NCBI RefSeq assembly: GCF_029945805.1
Contig: NZ_JAQSDH010000006.1
Coordinates: 9,562 to 73,561 of the forward strand
Reading direction: 5' to 3'
Length of the DNA stretch: 64,000 nucleotides
DNA from: Flavobacterium sp.
GTDB lineage: Bacteria; Bacteroidota; Bacteroidia; Flavobacteriales; Flavobacteriaceae
How positions within the stretch are numbered: the stretch's first letter is position 1; each line of letters opens with the position of its first letter. Below the pieces are notes generated by a model, which was not told where the DNA came from, did not search any database, and saw only the letters and a list, made by a program, of their open reading frames with translations. This document shows positions 36,224 to 44,954 of this stretch, one piece after another. Position numbers and translations under genes: made by a program.

Positions 36224-36571
36224 TTACTTTTTAAGGATGTCTCTGTAGATGGTAATTTCCTTTTTTAAATCATCCATTTCCTTTTGTTGGTTGGTGCTTG
36301 TTTCCTGAAAGCTTGTTTTGTTACTTTTTTGAATTTCCTCTAGAAGTAAGACAATCAAATCGTTGAAGAGATTGTATCCTAACGCCTGACTTAGGTTCCA
36401 GATGGTTTTGGTCTGAGGGGTATGCTGGTTTTAATAGCCATTGATTATGGGTGGCTTTACATTTAATCTTCGTGCTACTTCGGCGTAGGATATTGTGTGT
36501 TGCTCAATCTTGTTTTTGATTAAAGTTCCCATGTGTGGAAGCTTTGTTACTGTGATTGGATTTGTTTTCAT
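36224..36571 (-). pseudogene. small HTH DNA-binding protein gene interrupted by one in-frame TAA (codon 47)
   Basis: Own translation: MKTNPITVTKLPHMGTLIKNKIEQHTISYAEVARRLNVKPPIINGY-TAA-NQHTPQTKTIWNLSQALGYNLFNDLIVLLLEEIQKSNKTSFQETSTNQQKEMDDLKKEITIYRDILKK-stop. The frame is the same on both sides of the TAA at 36433-36431. HTH plus C-terminal coiled coil. Confidence 0.6.
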
Positions 36572-36695
36572 CTTGTTTTGCTTTTGATTACGCATCAGTG
36601 TTGTTTGATGTAACGTATCAAATAACTTGCTAATCCAAAAAATAATAGGAAGTACCTAAATGAATTTAAGAGAAAACTAATATAATTTAAGGTTC

Positions 36696-36816
36696 TCCTA
36701 ATGAAAATTAGTTTGTTCCTAATGCAGATTAGTTTGCTCCTAATGCTTATTAGTTTATTCCTAATGTAAATTAGTTTGTTCCTAATATGTATTAGTTTTT
36801 TCCTAATGTAATTTTG
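36696..36816 (+). repeat. tandem array of 5 full + 1 partial 21-bp iterons (TCCTAAT-N3/4-ATTAGTTTg)
   Basis: Units start at 36696, 36717, 36738, 36759, 36780 and 36801. They read tcctaatgaaaattagtttgt / tcctaatgcagattagtttgc / tcctaatgcttattagtttat / tcctaatgtaaattagtttgt / tcctaatatgtattagttttt / tcctaatgtaatttt. Exact 21-bp phase. Confidence 0.9.
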
Positions 36817-36828
36817 GATATACCAAAG

Positions 36829-36852
36829 AAAACTTAGGAAGACCTAAGTTTT
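36829..36852 (-). terminator. terminator hairpin after the FG-GAP T9SS cargo gene
   Basis: AAAACTTAGG / CCTAAGTTTT perfect 10-bp stem, 4-nt loop, T-rich on both sides. The arms contain the same CCTAA motif as the neighbouring iterons. Confidence 0.65.
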
Positions 36853-36888
36853 TTATCTAAAGTTTAAGAGTGTTGATTTTCTGACGAA

Positions 36889-38274
36889 TTAGTTTTTAAT
36901 AAATTTATAAGTGGTTTTTTCGAATTCATTTCTTATGGTTATGAAATAGAAACCAGCTTGCAACTGACTTACATCAATATGGGAATTACGGTTTAAAATA
37001 TCATTTTGCAATATTTTTCCATTGGTATCAGTGATTTCATAACTCAATTCTAAGTTGTTTTTGTTTTCGATACTCAGATAATTAGTTGTCGGATTAGGAT
37101 AAACTACCACACTTGCTTTACTACTGTTTTCGTTTATATCTAAGGTTGTAGTACTATATAGAATAATTAATCCGCGATTAACGTCGGCAACGACAATATC
37201 TTTCTTTCCATCATGATTAATATCACCAACAGCCATTCCCTGCAGGTTATAGTGATCTGAGATAGGGATTGGAAATAGTGAATAAGAGCTGAATACATTA
37301 CTACTATTCTTCTGGTAAACGCTTGCATTCTCCCATCCACCGTGGGCAACAATTATTTCATTTTTTCCATCGTTATTAAGATCTGCAATTTCAATTAATT
37401 CTGCACCATCATAGGCGGATAGTTCTATTGCACTATTATATAATTGTGAAGAAGTATTTTGGTAAAGCAAGCCTATTTTTGAAAGTGGTGTATTACCATA
37501 TTTTGTATAGGCAACATCAGTTTTACCATCGCCATTAAGGTCTCCGATATCAATCCCTGTGATTCCGAGTATGGTGGTATAAACCGAAGTGTTGAATCCA
37601 TTGGTTGCGTTTTGTTTAAGGGAATATATTCCGCTGGGAGAAACACTAACACAGACAATATCTTTTTTTGAATCATTATTGATATCACCAATTTCTAATT
37701 CGTCAATTGACATTGTGTTTGGAAGAGGGTAATTCTGTGCTGTAAAGTTTCCTGCAGTGCCTTGAATATAAGTACTTACATAATTACTGTCTATAAAAGC
37801 TACGGCAAAATCAGTTTTTGAATCGTTATTGATATCAGCACATTTTAAAGAAGAAACTAGTTGAGAAGTTGAGATGGTTGTCATAGGGTTTAAGGTCCCG
37901 TTGCTATTTTGATAGAATATACAAATGGTATTGTCTGCTGCTATCACAACATCTTTGAGACCATCCTGATTCAAATCGGCTATGTCCATAGTTGGTGCAT
38001 GTCCAGCTGGCATGTAAGAGTAGTCTGTATAAGGACTTAAAGTGCCATTTGTATTTTGGAGAAAAACCAAAATTTTCCAATCGTTTGTACTGGAATAGGA
38101 TGAGGTTCCCAATACCACATCGTTTAAACCATCATTGTTCATATCACCGATGGCAACGGTTTCCGGCCACGAACCGGTTGCTTTTTCTACAAATGGAGAA
38201 AAATGGATTTGCGCCTGATTTATGAAAGGGCAAAGCGCAATAAAATAGTAGAATAATCGTAGTGTTTTAGTCAT
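36889..38274 (-). CDS. FG-GAP/VCBS repeat protein with T9SS type A C-terminal sorting domain
   Basis: 461 aa. Signal peptide, repeated D(I/L)N(N/G)DGxxD(I/V)V motifs, C-terminal VVVYPNPTTNYLSIE...GFYFITI typical of the Por secretion tail. Confidence 0.85.
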   Translation of the reverse strand: MTKTLRLFYYFIALCPFINQAQIHFSPFVEKATGSWPETVAIGDMNNDGLNDVVLGTSSYSSTNDWKILVFLQNTNGTLSPYTDYSYMPAGHAPTMDIADLNQDGLKDVVIAADNTICIFYQNSNGTLNPMTTISTSQLVSSLKCADINNDSKTDFAVAFIDSNYVSTYIQGTAGNFTAQNYPLPNTMSIDELEIGDINNDSKKDIVCVSVSPSGIYSLKQNATNGFNTSVYTTILGITGIDIGDLNGDGKTDVAYTKYGNTPLSKIGLLYQNTSSQLYNSAIELSAYDGAELIEIADLNNDGKNEIIVAHGGWENASVYQKNSSNVFSSYSLFPIPISDHYNLQGMAVGDINHDGKKDIVVADVNRGLIILYSTTTLDINENSSKASVVVYPNPTTNYLSIENKNNLELSYEITDTNGKILQNDILNRNSHIDVSQLQAGFYFITIRNEFEKTTYKFIKN

Positions 38275-38383
38275 GTTTTAAGTTATTTTTTTCCCTCCAA
38301 TAAATCACTTTAATACAAGCGCAATGTAGTAAATGAAATATTTATTTCCAAAATGAGATTCCAAGTGAAAGCATGGCAGTTTT

Positions 38384-38941
38384 TTATTTTAAACAATTAG
38401 CTTCATAGTACTTTATCAATTCTATGACGCCTTCAACGCCATGGATTTTTAATGTTTTATCATCAACTTTTTTAAGTATATCAGGACAATCTGCCATTTC
38501 TCTGGAAATTACATTTTGAGAAATTAATCTGCTTAAACCCTTAGCTTCCATATAAGAAGTTTTGCCATTTTTAGGTCTTTTGAAAATGAAGATAAAAAAA
38601 TTGCGAGTATTTACTTTGAGGAGTCTTAATTGATCCGAATAAATTAATTGGCCAAATAGCTTATCGTCAATACTTTCATATACAAATGATTCATTATCAT
38701 AAGTAAGCGTAAACGAATATAACTCATTTGGTAAATATTCCTTTTTAACTCCGTGCATATTTACAACTATCAGCTTTTCCTGAAGATTCATAAAGAGTTC
38801 ATTCTTAAAGGTGTATTTGTTTTTCAGTATTACATCTGTAATAGTATCATTTTGTTTAGTAATGATTTGAGTAATTCTTGCTTGTGAATATGATTGTGCA
38901 GCTAGCAACAAAAAAAGAAATAGTTGAATTTTTTTTTTCAT
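38384..38941 (-). CDS. hypothetical secreted protein
   Basis: 185 aa with signal peptide (AAQSYSQA). No family recognised. Confidence 0.45.
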   Translation of the reverse strand: MKKKIQLFLFLLLAAQSYSQARITQIITKQNDTITDVILKNKYTFKNELFMNLQEKLIVVNMHGVKKEYLPNELYSFTLTYDNESFVYESIDDKLFGQLIYSDQLRLLKVNTRNFFIFIFKRPKNGKTSYMEAKGLSRLISQNVISREMADCPDILKKVDDKTLKIHGVEGVIELIKYYEANCLK

Positions 38942-38968
38942 AGTTAATTATTAAAGTTATATATGATA

Positions 38969-39373
38969 TTATTTTTTATCTTCCTCTTCCATCAAATCGC
39001 TCAAATGCAAACGCAATGCCGTCACTGAAATACTGATTTCCCAAAAAGAGATTCCCAGAGAAATTAGTAAGGTGAATAGACTGGCTCCAAAAAGATAAAT
39101 TCCCATTGTTTGTTGTTCTAAGAATAAACAGAACATCGCAAACACAGAAAGAAAGAGGCATAATACTCCAAAAAGTTGCATATAACGAATTAGCGAAAGT
39201 CTTAGGTTGAGGTTTTTGATTTGAAGTAAAATAGTTTTAGTGTGGTGCTCATCATAATTTTTTTTTAGACCGCGAACGATTTGGGCAATGGTTAAAAAAC
39301 GATTGGTATAGGCAAGCAAAATCAACGAAGTTGCTGAAAAAAGTAATGCTGGAGTTTCTATGTGAAGTGTCAT
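38969..39373 (-). CDS. DUF2721-like membrane protein
   Basis: 134 aa, 3-4 TM segments. LLAYTNRF motif near the N-terminus. Confidence 0.5.
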   Translation of the reverse strand: MTLHIETPALLFSATSLILLAYTNRFLTIAQIVRGLKKNYDEHHTKTILLQIKNLNLRLSLIRYMQLFGVLCLFLSVFAMFCLFLEQQTMGIYLFGASLFTLLISLGISFWEISISVTALRLHLSDLMEEEDKK

Positions 39374-39450
39374 GAAAAATTACGAATTAAGAATTACGAC
39401 CCGAGCTAATGGTGACTTGAGCGAAGCTAATTACGGGAAATAATTTCAAT

Positions 39451-39480
39451 AAAAAAACCTGCAAGTTTTCGCTCGCAGGT
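39451..39480 (-). terminator. htpG terminator
   Basis: Minus strand ACCTGCGAG-CGAAAA-CTTGCAGGT (9 bp with one G-U), followed by U7. Confidence 0.85.
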
Positions 39481-39509
39481 CTTTCTTCTTTTCTCTTGTT
39501 TCTTTCTTC

Positions 39510-41411
39510 TTATTTTATCAACTCAAAACTTCTCTTTACGAAGGCGGTTAATTCTTCGCCTTTCAATAATCCTTGAGAGATTTTTGCTAAATCTAAAGCT
39601 TGTTTTACCAATCCTTCCTGTGCTGATTTATCTGAAGTGTTTAGGATTGTTGTTGCTAATTCCGAGTTGGTATTCACAACCAAGTTATACATTTCTGGGA
39701 AATTTCCCATTCCGAACATTCCGCCACCGCCAGATTGACTCATTTCCTTCATACGGCGCATGAATTCAGGTTGTGTGATTATGAATGGCGCAGCAGCACT
39801 ATCCATTGCTTCTAATTGAACAGAGTAGTTTGTTTTTGGAACAATTTCTTCTAAAACCGTTTTCAATTGCGTTGACTCGTCTTCTGATAATTTAGAAATT
39901 TGAGTTTCTTCTTTTTGAATTAACTTGTCGATATGATCAGAATCTACACGAACAAAAGTCAAATTCTCATTATCGCTTTCCAATTTCTGAATCAAATGCG
40001 ACACAATTGGCGAGTCTAACAAAATAACTTCGTAACCTTTTTCTTTTGCGATTTCAATATAACCGTGTTGCGCATCTTTATTCGAAGCATATAAGACTAC
40101 CAATTTTCCGTTTTTATCGGTTTGATTTGCCGTAATCGCTTCTTTCAATTCTGCTAAAGTGTAATATTTGTTATCAACCGTTGGATACAAAATAAAATCA
40201 CCCGATTTTTCATAGAATTTTGGTTCTGATAACATTCCGTATTCCAATACGATTTTGATGTCGTTCCATTTTTGTTCAAAATCTTCACGGTTTTCTGTAA
40301 ACAATGATTTCAATTTGTCAGCCACTTTACGCGTGATGTAATTCGAGATTTTTTTCACATTGCTATCCGCTTGTAAACCCGAACGCGAAACGTTCAACGG
40401 AATATCCGGCGAGTCAATTACACCTTTCAACATGCCTAAAAACTCAGGTACAATTCCTTCTACGTTATCGGTAACATAGACTTGGTTTTGGTACATTTGA
40501 ATTTTATCTTTCTGCATTTGCATATCGCTAGACATCTTAGGAAAATATAAAATCCCAGTCAAGTTGAAGGGATAATCTACATTCAAATGGATGTTAAATA
40601 GGGGCTCTTCAAACTGCATTGGATACAATTCGTGGTAAAAGATTTTATAATCTTCTTCAGTTAAATCAACGGGTTGTTTTGTCCAAGCTGGGTTTGGATT
40701 ATTGATGATGTTATCAACTTCAACATCTGTATAAATATTGTCGATGTCTTTTTCGGCAACAGATTCTCCTTTTTTCTGTTCGATTTTTTCTGTTCTGGTT
40801 CCGAATTTAATTGGAATCGGCATGAACTTATTGTACTTGGTCAACAATTCACGGATTTTAGCATCTTCTAAAAACTCTAACGAATCTTCAGCAATGTGCA
40901 GGATGATTTCGCTTCCGCGATCTGTTTTGTTAGATGGTTCTAATGTAAATTCTGGGCTTCCGTCGCAGATCCAATGCGCTGCAGGTTCGTCTTTGTATGA
41001 CTTTGTGATGATTTCAACCTTGGAAGCGACCATAAATGCCGAATAAAAACCAAGACCAAAGTGCCCGATGATGCCGGAATCTTTAGCAGAATCTTTGTAT
41101 TTTTCAAGAAATTCTTCTGCACCAGAGAAAGCTATTTGGTTGATGTATTTCTCCACTTCTTCGGCTGTCATTCCCAAACCTTGATCAATGATGTGTAATT
41201 TTTTGCCTTCTTTATCGATTTTGATTTCGATTATTGGATTGCCATATTCTACTTTGGCATCTCCAATGCTTGTTAAGTGCTTTAATTTTAAAGTTGCGTC
41301 GGTTGCATTTGATACTAATTCTCGCAAGAAAATTTCGTGGTCGTTGTATAAAAACTTCTTAATCAGTGGAAAGATGTTTTCTACAGATACATTAATTTTT
41401 CCTGTTGTCAT
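39510..41411 (-). CDS. htpG: molecular chaperone HtpG (Hsp90)
   Basis: 633 aa. GHKL ATPase motifs (FLRELVSNATDA, IGHFGLGFYSAFMV). Confidence 0.95.
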   Translation of the reverse strand: MTTGKINVSVENIFPLIKKFLYNDHEIFLRELVSNATDATLKLKHLTSIGDAKVEYGNPIIEIKIDKEGKKLHIIDQGLGMTAEEVEKYINQIAFSGAEEFLEKYKDSAKDSGIIGHFGLGFYSAFMVASKVEIITKSYKDEPAAHWICDGSPEFTLEPSNKTDRGSEIILHIAEDSLEFLEDAKIRELLTKYNKFMPIPIKFGTRTEKIEQKKGESVAEKDIDNIYTDVEVDNIINNPNPAWTKQPVDLTEEDYKIFYHELYPMQFEEPLFNIHLNVDYPFNLTGILYFPKMSSDMQMQKDKIQMYQNQVYVTDNVEGIVPEFLGMLKGVIDSPDIPLNVSRSGLQADSNVKKISNYITRKVADKLKSLFTENREDFEQKWNDIKIVLEYGMLSEPKFYEKSGDFILYPTVDNKYYTLAELKEAITANQTDKNGKLVVLYASNKDAQHGYIEIAKEKGYEVILLDSPIVSHLIQKLESDNENLTFVRVDSDHIDKLIQKEETQISKLSEDESTQLKTVLEEIVPKTNYSVQLEAMDSAAAPFIITQPEFMRRMKEMSQSGGGGMFGMGNFPEMYNLVVNTNSELATTILNTSDKSAQEGLVKQALDLAKISQGLLKGEELTAFVKRSFELIK

Positions 41412-41550
41412 ATTTGTTTATTTTTAAATTAAATGATTTGTTTCCTTTAGTCAAAATTGAGACCATTTGTGATGTTTCTGACAAATTGGCGTAGTAACAA
41501 TTTTAGAACAAATCTCCATTATAATGTAAGGGCAAATCTAAAAAGGAATG

Positions 41551-41558
41551 TATATTTG
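41551..41558 (+). promoter_or_regulatory. -7 box TATATTTG for the lipocalin-like/OmpA gene pair
   Basis: Exact TAnnTTTG match, 28 nt before the ATG at 41587. Confidence 0.4.
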
Positions 41559-41586
41559 TCTTAACTAATTTATAAATATAATAATA

Positions 41587-42057
41587 ATGAAAAAAGTTAT
41601 TCTAATAGCTGTATTATCAGTTTTCGTTTTAGGATGCAAGTCGAAATCGGCAACAAATACAAGACTAGATTCTAAAACACAAGTTGCCATGAAAGGTAAT
41701 TGGACCATTAGTGCAGTTACTTATCCAAGTTCGGATGTCATCAAAGTCACTTCATTTGATTTAGCAGATTCAAAATGTTTTATTGGAAGTTCATGGAAAT
41801 TTATTTCTAACAATAACAAAGGTAGTCTTGTTTTAAACAATGCAAGTTGTACCGCCTACAGTACACCAATAACTTGGTTTATTAATAAAGAAGGCCAGTT
41901 TGTTTTGAAAGTTTTAGATGAAACTAAAGCTAAGAAAATCAAAGAAGGATACGTTCTTGGTGTGTCTAATTTAACTGAAAACTCATTCCAACTTGTTGAC
42001 AAAATCAATATAGGTGGTAAAGTAACCGATGTAGTATATCAATTTCAAAGACAATAA
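41587..42057 (+). CDS. lipocalin-like lipoprotein
   Basis: 156 aa. Lipobox VLGC, GNWTISAV start of a beta-rich domain. Confidence 0.45.
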   Translation: MKKVILIAVLSVFVLGCKSKSATNTRLDSKTQVAMKGNWTISAVTYPSSDVIKVTSFDLADSKCFIGSSWKFISNNNKGSLVLNNASCTAYSTPITWFINKEGQFVLKVLDETKAKKIKEGYVLGVSNLTENSFQLVDKINIGGKVTDVVYQFQRQ

Positions 42058-42072
42058 AAAATAAAAATTACG

Positions 42073-42762
42073 ATGAAAAAAATAAGCATATTATTAGTAG
42101 CGGGACTATTCTTAACAGGAAGTATTTTCACAAGTTGTGAATCAGTAAAAAATACAAATAAAACACAACGTGGCGCAGCGATAGGTGCAGTTGGTGGCGC
42201 AATTCTTGGGGGAGTCTTAGGAAATAATCTTGGTAAAGGCGGCAACGGTGCCTTAGGAGCTGTTCTTGGTGGTGTTGTTGGTGGTGTTGCCGGTGGTGTT
42301 ATTGGTAACAAAATGGACAAACAAGCGAGAGAAATTGAAACGGCAGTTCCAGGAGCTACTGTTGAAAGAGTAGGAGAAGGAATTAAATTGACACTCGGTG
42401 AAAACGCAGTTCGTTTTGATACTAACAAGTCAACATTAACTGCTGGTGCTAAAGCTAATTTGGATAAATTGGTTTCTGTGTTTAATCAATATCCTGATAC
42501 TAATATTCAAATTTACGGGTATACTGATAGTACGGGTTCAGCAGAATATAATTTGAAATTATCAGGAGAAAGAGCTTCCTCGGTTAAATCTTATTTGGCT
42601 ACAAAAGGAATCAGTTCTTCCCGTTTCACTACAACCGGTTTAGGTATTGCAGATCCAATTGCTACCAATGATACTCCCGATGGAAGAAGTCAAAACAGAC
42701 GTGTAGAGTTTGCTATTACTGCAAACGAAAAGATGGTGCAAGATGCGCAGTCAGGAAAATAA
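42073..42762 (+). CDS. OmpA-family protein with glycine-zipper N-terminal region
   Basis: 229 aa. Lipobox-like FTSC, GAAIGAVGGAILGGVLG Gly-zipper, OmpA C-like domain (GYTDSTGSAEYNLKLSGERA, NRRVEF). Confidence 0.85.
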   Translation: MKKISILLVAGLFLTGSIFTSCESVKNTNKTQRGAAIGAVGGAILGGVLGNNLGKGGNGALGAVLGGVVGGVAGGVIGNKMDKQAREIETAVPGATVERVGEGIKLTLGENAVRFDTNKSTLTAGAKANLDKLVSVFNQYPDTNIQIYGYTDSTGSAEYNLKLSGERASSVKSYLATKGISSSRFTTTGLGIADPIATNDTPDGRSQNRRVEFAITANEKMVQDAQSGK

Positions 42763-42785
42763 TTAGCTACGTTAATAAATATATA

Positions 42786-42813
42786 AGCTGTCTTGAGAAA
42801 GGCAGCTTTTTTT
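42786..42813 (+). terminator. terminator after the OmpA-family gene
   Basis: AGCTGTC / GGCAGCT stem, 8-nt loop, T7 run. Confidence 0.8.
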
Positions 42814-42902
42814 ATTACTACTAATTTAACAAAACTTTTTGTTTAATTTTTCTTTTAAATGGTTAAACACTTTGTACCTTTACACTATAATAAAAAATTA
42901 TC

Positions 42903-43574
42903 ATGGCGACAACAAAAAAAGTTAAAGTAGAGAAAGATTTGATAGATGACAATCAGATTATTTCATTATATATGAATGATGTTTTAGAACACAATGGAAA
43001 CTTAAAAAACGTATATATATTTTGCAAAAAAAACGCTATTGAAGAAAGTGATTTTTATTCTTTCTTCGGTTCATTAGAAGCAGTTAAGCAAGCTATATGG
43101 ATTAAATTTTTCGAGAATGCTGTAGCTACTATTGAAAAAGAACCAGCGTTTGAAAGTTATTCAGATAAAAATAAGTTGCTTACCTTATATTTTACTTTGT
43201 TTGAATTACTGACTTTAAATAGAAGTTATGTGCTGTTTTCGTTGAATGAGAATAATCAAGGCGTTAAAAATTTAAAAAATTTGAAAGGATTTAGAACGCA
43301 TTTTAAAGAATTTATAAGTTCCATAATTGAGTCGAATTCTTCTATGGTAAATGATAAAGTTACAAAAGTTACGAGACCAGTATTCTCAGAAGGTGCTTGG
43401 ATTCAGTTTTTATTTTTGCTGAAATTTTGGATGGATGACACTTCTAAAGGTTTTGAAAAGACCGATATTTTGATAGAGAAATCCGTGAATACTGTTGTTG
43501 ATTTATTAGATACAAAACCGTTGGAAAGTTTGTTTGATTTGGGAAAATTTCTTTGGAAAGAAAAAACACAATAA
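42903..43574 (+). CDS. TetR-like transcriptional regulator (tentative)
   Basis: 223 aa. The N-terminal segment IISLYMNDVLEHNGNLKNVYIFCKKNAIEESDFYSFFGS resembles TetR HTH regions. Sits 3 nt upstream of the ABC1 kinase gene. Confidence 0.4.
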   Translation: MATTKKVKVEKDLIDDNQIISLYMNDVLEHNGNLKNVYIFCKKNAIEESDFYSFFGSLEAVKQAIWIKFFENAVATIEKEPAFESYSDKNKLLTLYFTLFELLTLNRSYVLFSLNENNQGVKNLKNLKGFRTHFKEFISSIIESNSSMVNDKVTKVTRPVFSEGAWIQFLFLLKFWMDDTSKGFEKTDILIEKSVNTVVDLLDTKPLESLFDLGKFLWKEKTQ

Positions 43575-43577
43575 TTG

Positions 43578-44891
43578 ATGAAGACATTAGACAAAATTCC
43601 AACAGGAAAAATTGAACGCGCTAGCCAATTAGTAAAAACGGGATTTAAAGTTGGAGGAAATTATGTTGCCTACTATGGCGAGAAAATAGTTAATCCAAAT
43701 TTAAATCGCGATAAATTAAATGAAAGTAATGCAGAGGATATTTACGATGGATTAAAAAACCTAAAGGGAAGTGCTTTGAAAGTAGCTCAGATGTTGAGCA
43801 TGGACAAAAGCATTATGCCGCAAGCTTATGTGGATAAGTTTTCGTTATCACAATTCTCAGTTCCACCATTGTCGGCGCCATTAGTTCGAAAAACATTCAA
43901 AAAATATTTAGATAAGTATCCAGAAGAATTATACGACACCTTTTCCCCTGATGCTATGAACGCCGCGAGTATTGGTCAGGTTCACAAAGCAACAAAAAAT
44001 GGTAAAAAGCTAGCGGTAAAAATTCAGTACCCTGGAGTTGCGGATAGTATAAGTTCTGATTTAGCGTTGGTAAAACCATTCGCTACACGAATGTTTAACT
44101 TGAAAGGAAAAGATTCTGAAAAGTATTTTATTGAAGTTGAAAGTAAATTACTTGAAGAAACGGATTATGTTTTGGAACTCAAACAAAGTTTAGAGGTTTC
44201 GGAGAAGTGTAAATCTATTGCTAATTTACGTTTCCCTGAATATTATCCCGAATTTTCATCGGAAAAAATATTGACGATGGAGTGGATCGATGGAGAGCAT
44301 CTTTCAGAGTTTACGGCACATAATGAAGACAGAAGTAAAGGAGATAAGTTAGGTCAGGCACTTTGGGATTTCTATATGTATCAAATGCATTATCTCAAAC
44401 AAGTTCACGCCGATCCGCATCCTGGGAATTTTTTAATTGATAAAGATGATAATTTGGTTGCCATTGATTTCGGCTGTATCAAACAAGTTCCAGAAGAATT
44501 TTATGTTCCTTATTTCGAATTAGCTCGACCTGAAGTAATAGATAATCCTAAATTATTTAACGAAAAGTTATTTGAGTTAGAAATTTTACGAGTTGATGAT
44601 TCTCAAAAAGAGTTAGCGTATTTCACCACAATATTTCACGATTTATTAAGCTTGTTTACGAAACCATTTCATGGTGATTCTTTCGACTTTTCTGATGAAG
44701 ATTTCTTTGGAAAAATTGCTCAAATGGGCGAAGAATTTTCAAAAGATACACAACTTAGAAAAATGAATGGCAACAGAGGTTCTAAACATTTTTTATACAT
44801 CAACAGAACATTTTTTGGGTTGTATAATTTATTACACGATTTAAAAGCTCGTATTGACACAAAGTCTTACGAAAAGTACATTATTAGTTAG
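43578..44891 (+). CDS. ABC1/UbiB-family atypical kinase
   Basis: About 437 aa. AASIGQVHKA, KIQYPGV and HADPHPGNF motifs of the ABC1/AarF family. Confidence 0.85.
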   Translation: MKTLDKIPTGKIERASQLVKTGFKVGGNYVAYYGEKIVNPNLNRDKLNESNAEDIYDGLKNLKGSALKVAQMLSMDKSIMPQAYVDKFSLSQFSVPPLSAPLVRKTFKKYLDKYPEELYDTFSPDAMNAASIGQVHKATKNGKKLAVKIQYPGVADSISSDLALVKPFATRMFNLKGKDSEKYFIEVESKLLEETDYVLELKQSLEVSEKCKSIANLRFPEYYPEFSSEKILTMEWIDGEHLSEFTAHNEDRSKGDKLGQALWDFYMYQMHYLKQVHADPHPGNFLIDKDDNLVAIDFGCIKQVPEEFYVPYFELARPEVIDNPKLFNEKLFELEILRVDDSQKELAYFTTIFHDLLSLFTKPFHGDSFDFSDEDFFGKIAQMGEEFSKDTQLRKMNGNRGSKHFLYINRTFFGLYNLLHDLKARIDTKSYEKYIIS

Positions 44892-44954
44892 AATGTTTTT
44901 ATTGTTTAGGTTGATAGGGGCGAAAATTCCATTTTGGATTTTCGCTCTTATTTT

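Noticed and set aside
36701-36769. A 22-codon ORF (MKISLFLMQISLLLMLISLFLM) read through the iterons on the plus strand, giving a heptad-repeat hydrophobic peptide
   Set aside because: 21 bp equals 7 codons and each unit contains ATG, so the ORF is an automatic by-product of the repeat. There is no promoter box, no downstream plus-strand gene to regulate, and it points into the 3' end of a convergent gene. I cannot support it as coding.
36696-36816. Whether the 21-bp tandem array could be a CRISPR array
   Set aside because: The units are directly adjacent with no spacers. At 21 bp they are too short, and the variable part is only 3-4 nt. No cas genes or leader are present.
42045-42428. 127-aa minus-strand ORF rich in Pro/Ala/Thr
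   Set aside because: It is the antisense shadow of the Gly-zipper region of the OmpA-family gene (GGx codons read as xCC). The plus-strand gene has clear family motifs.
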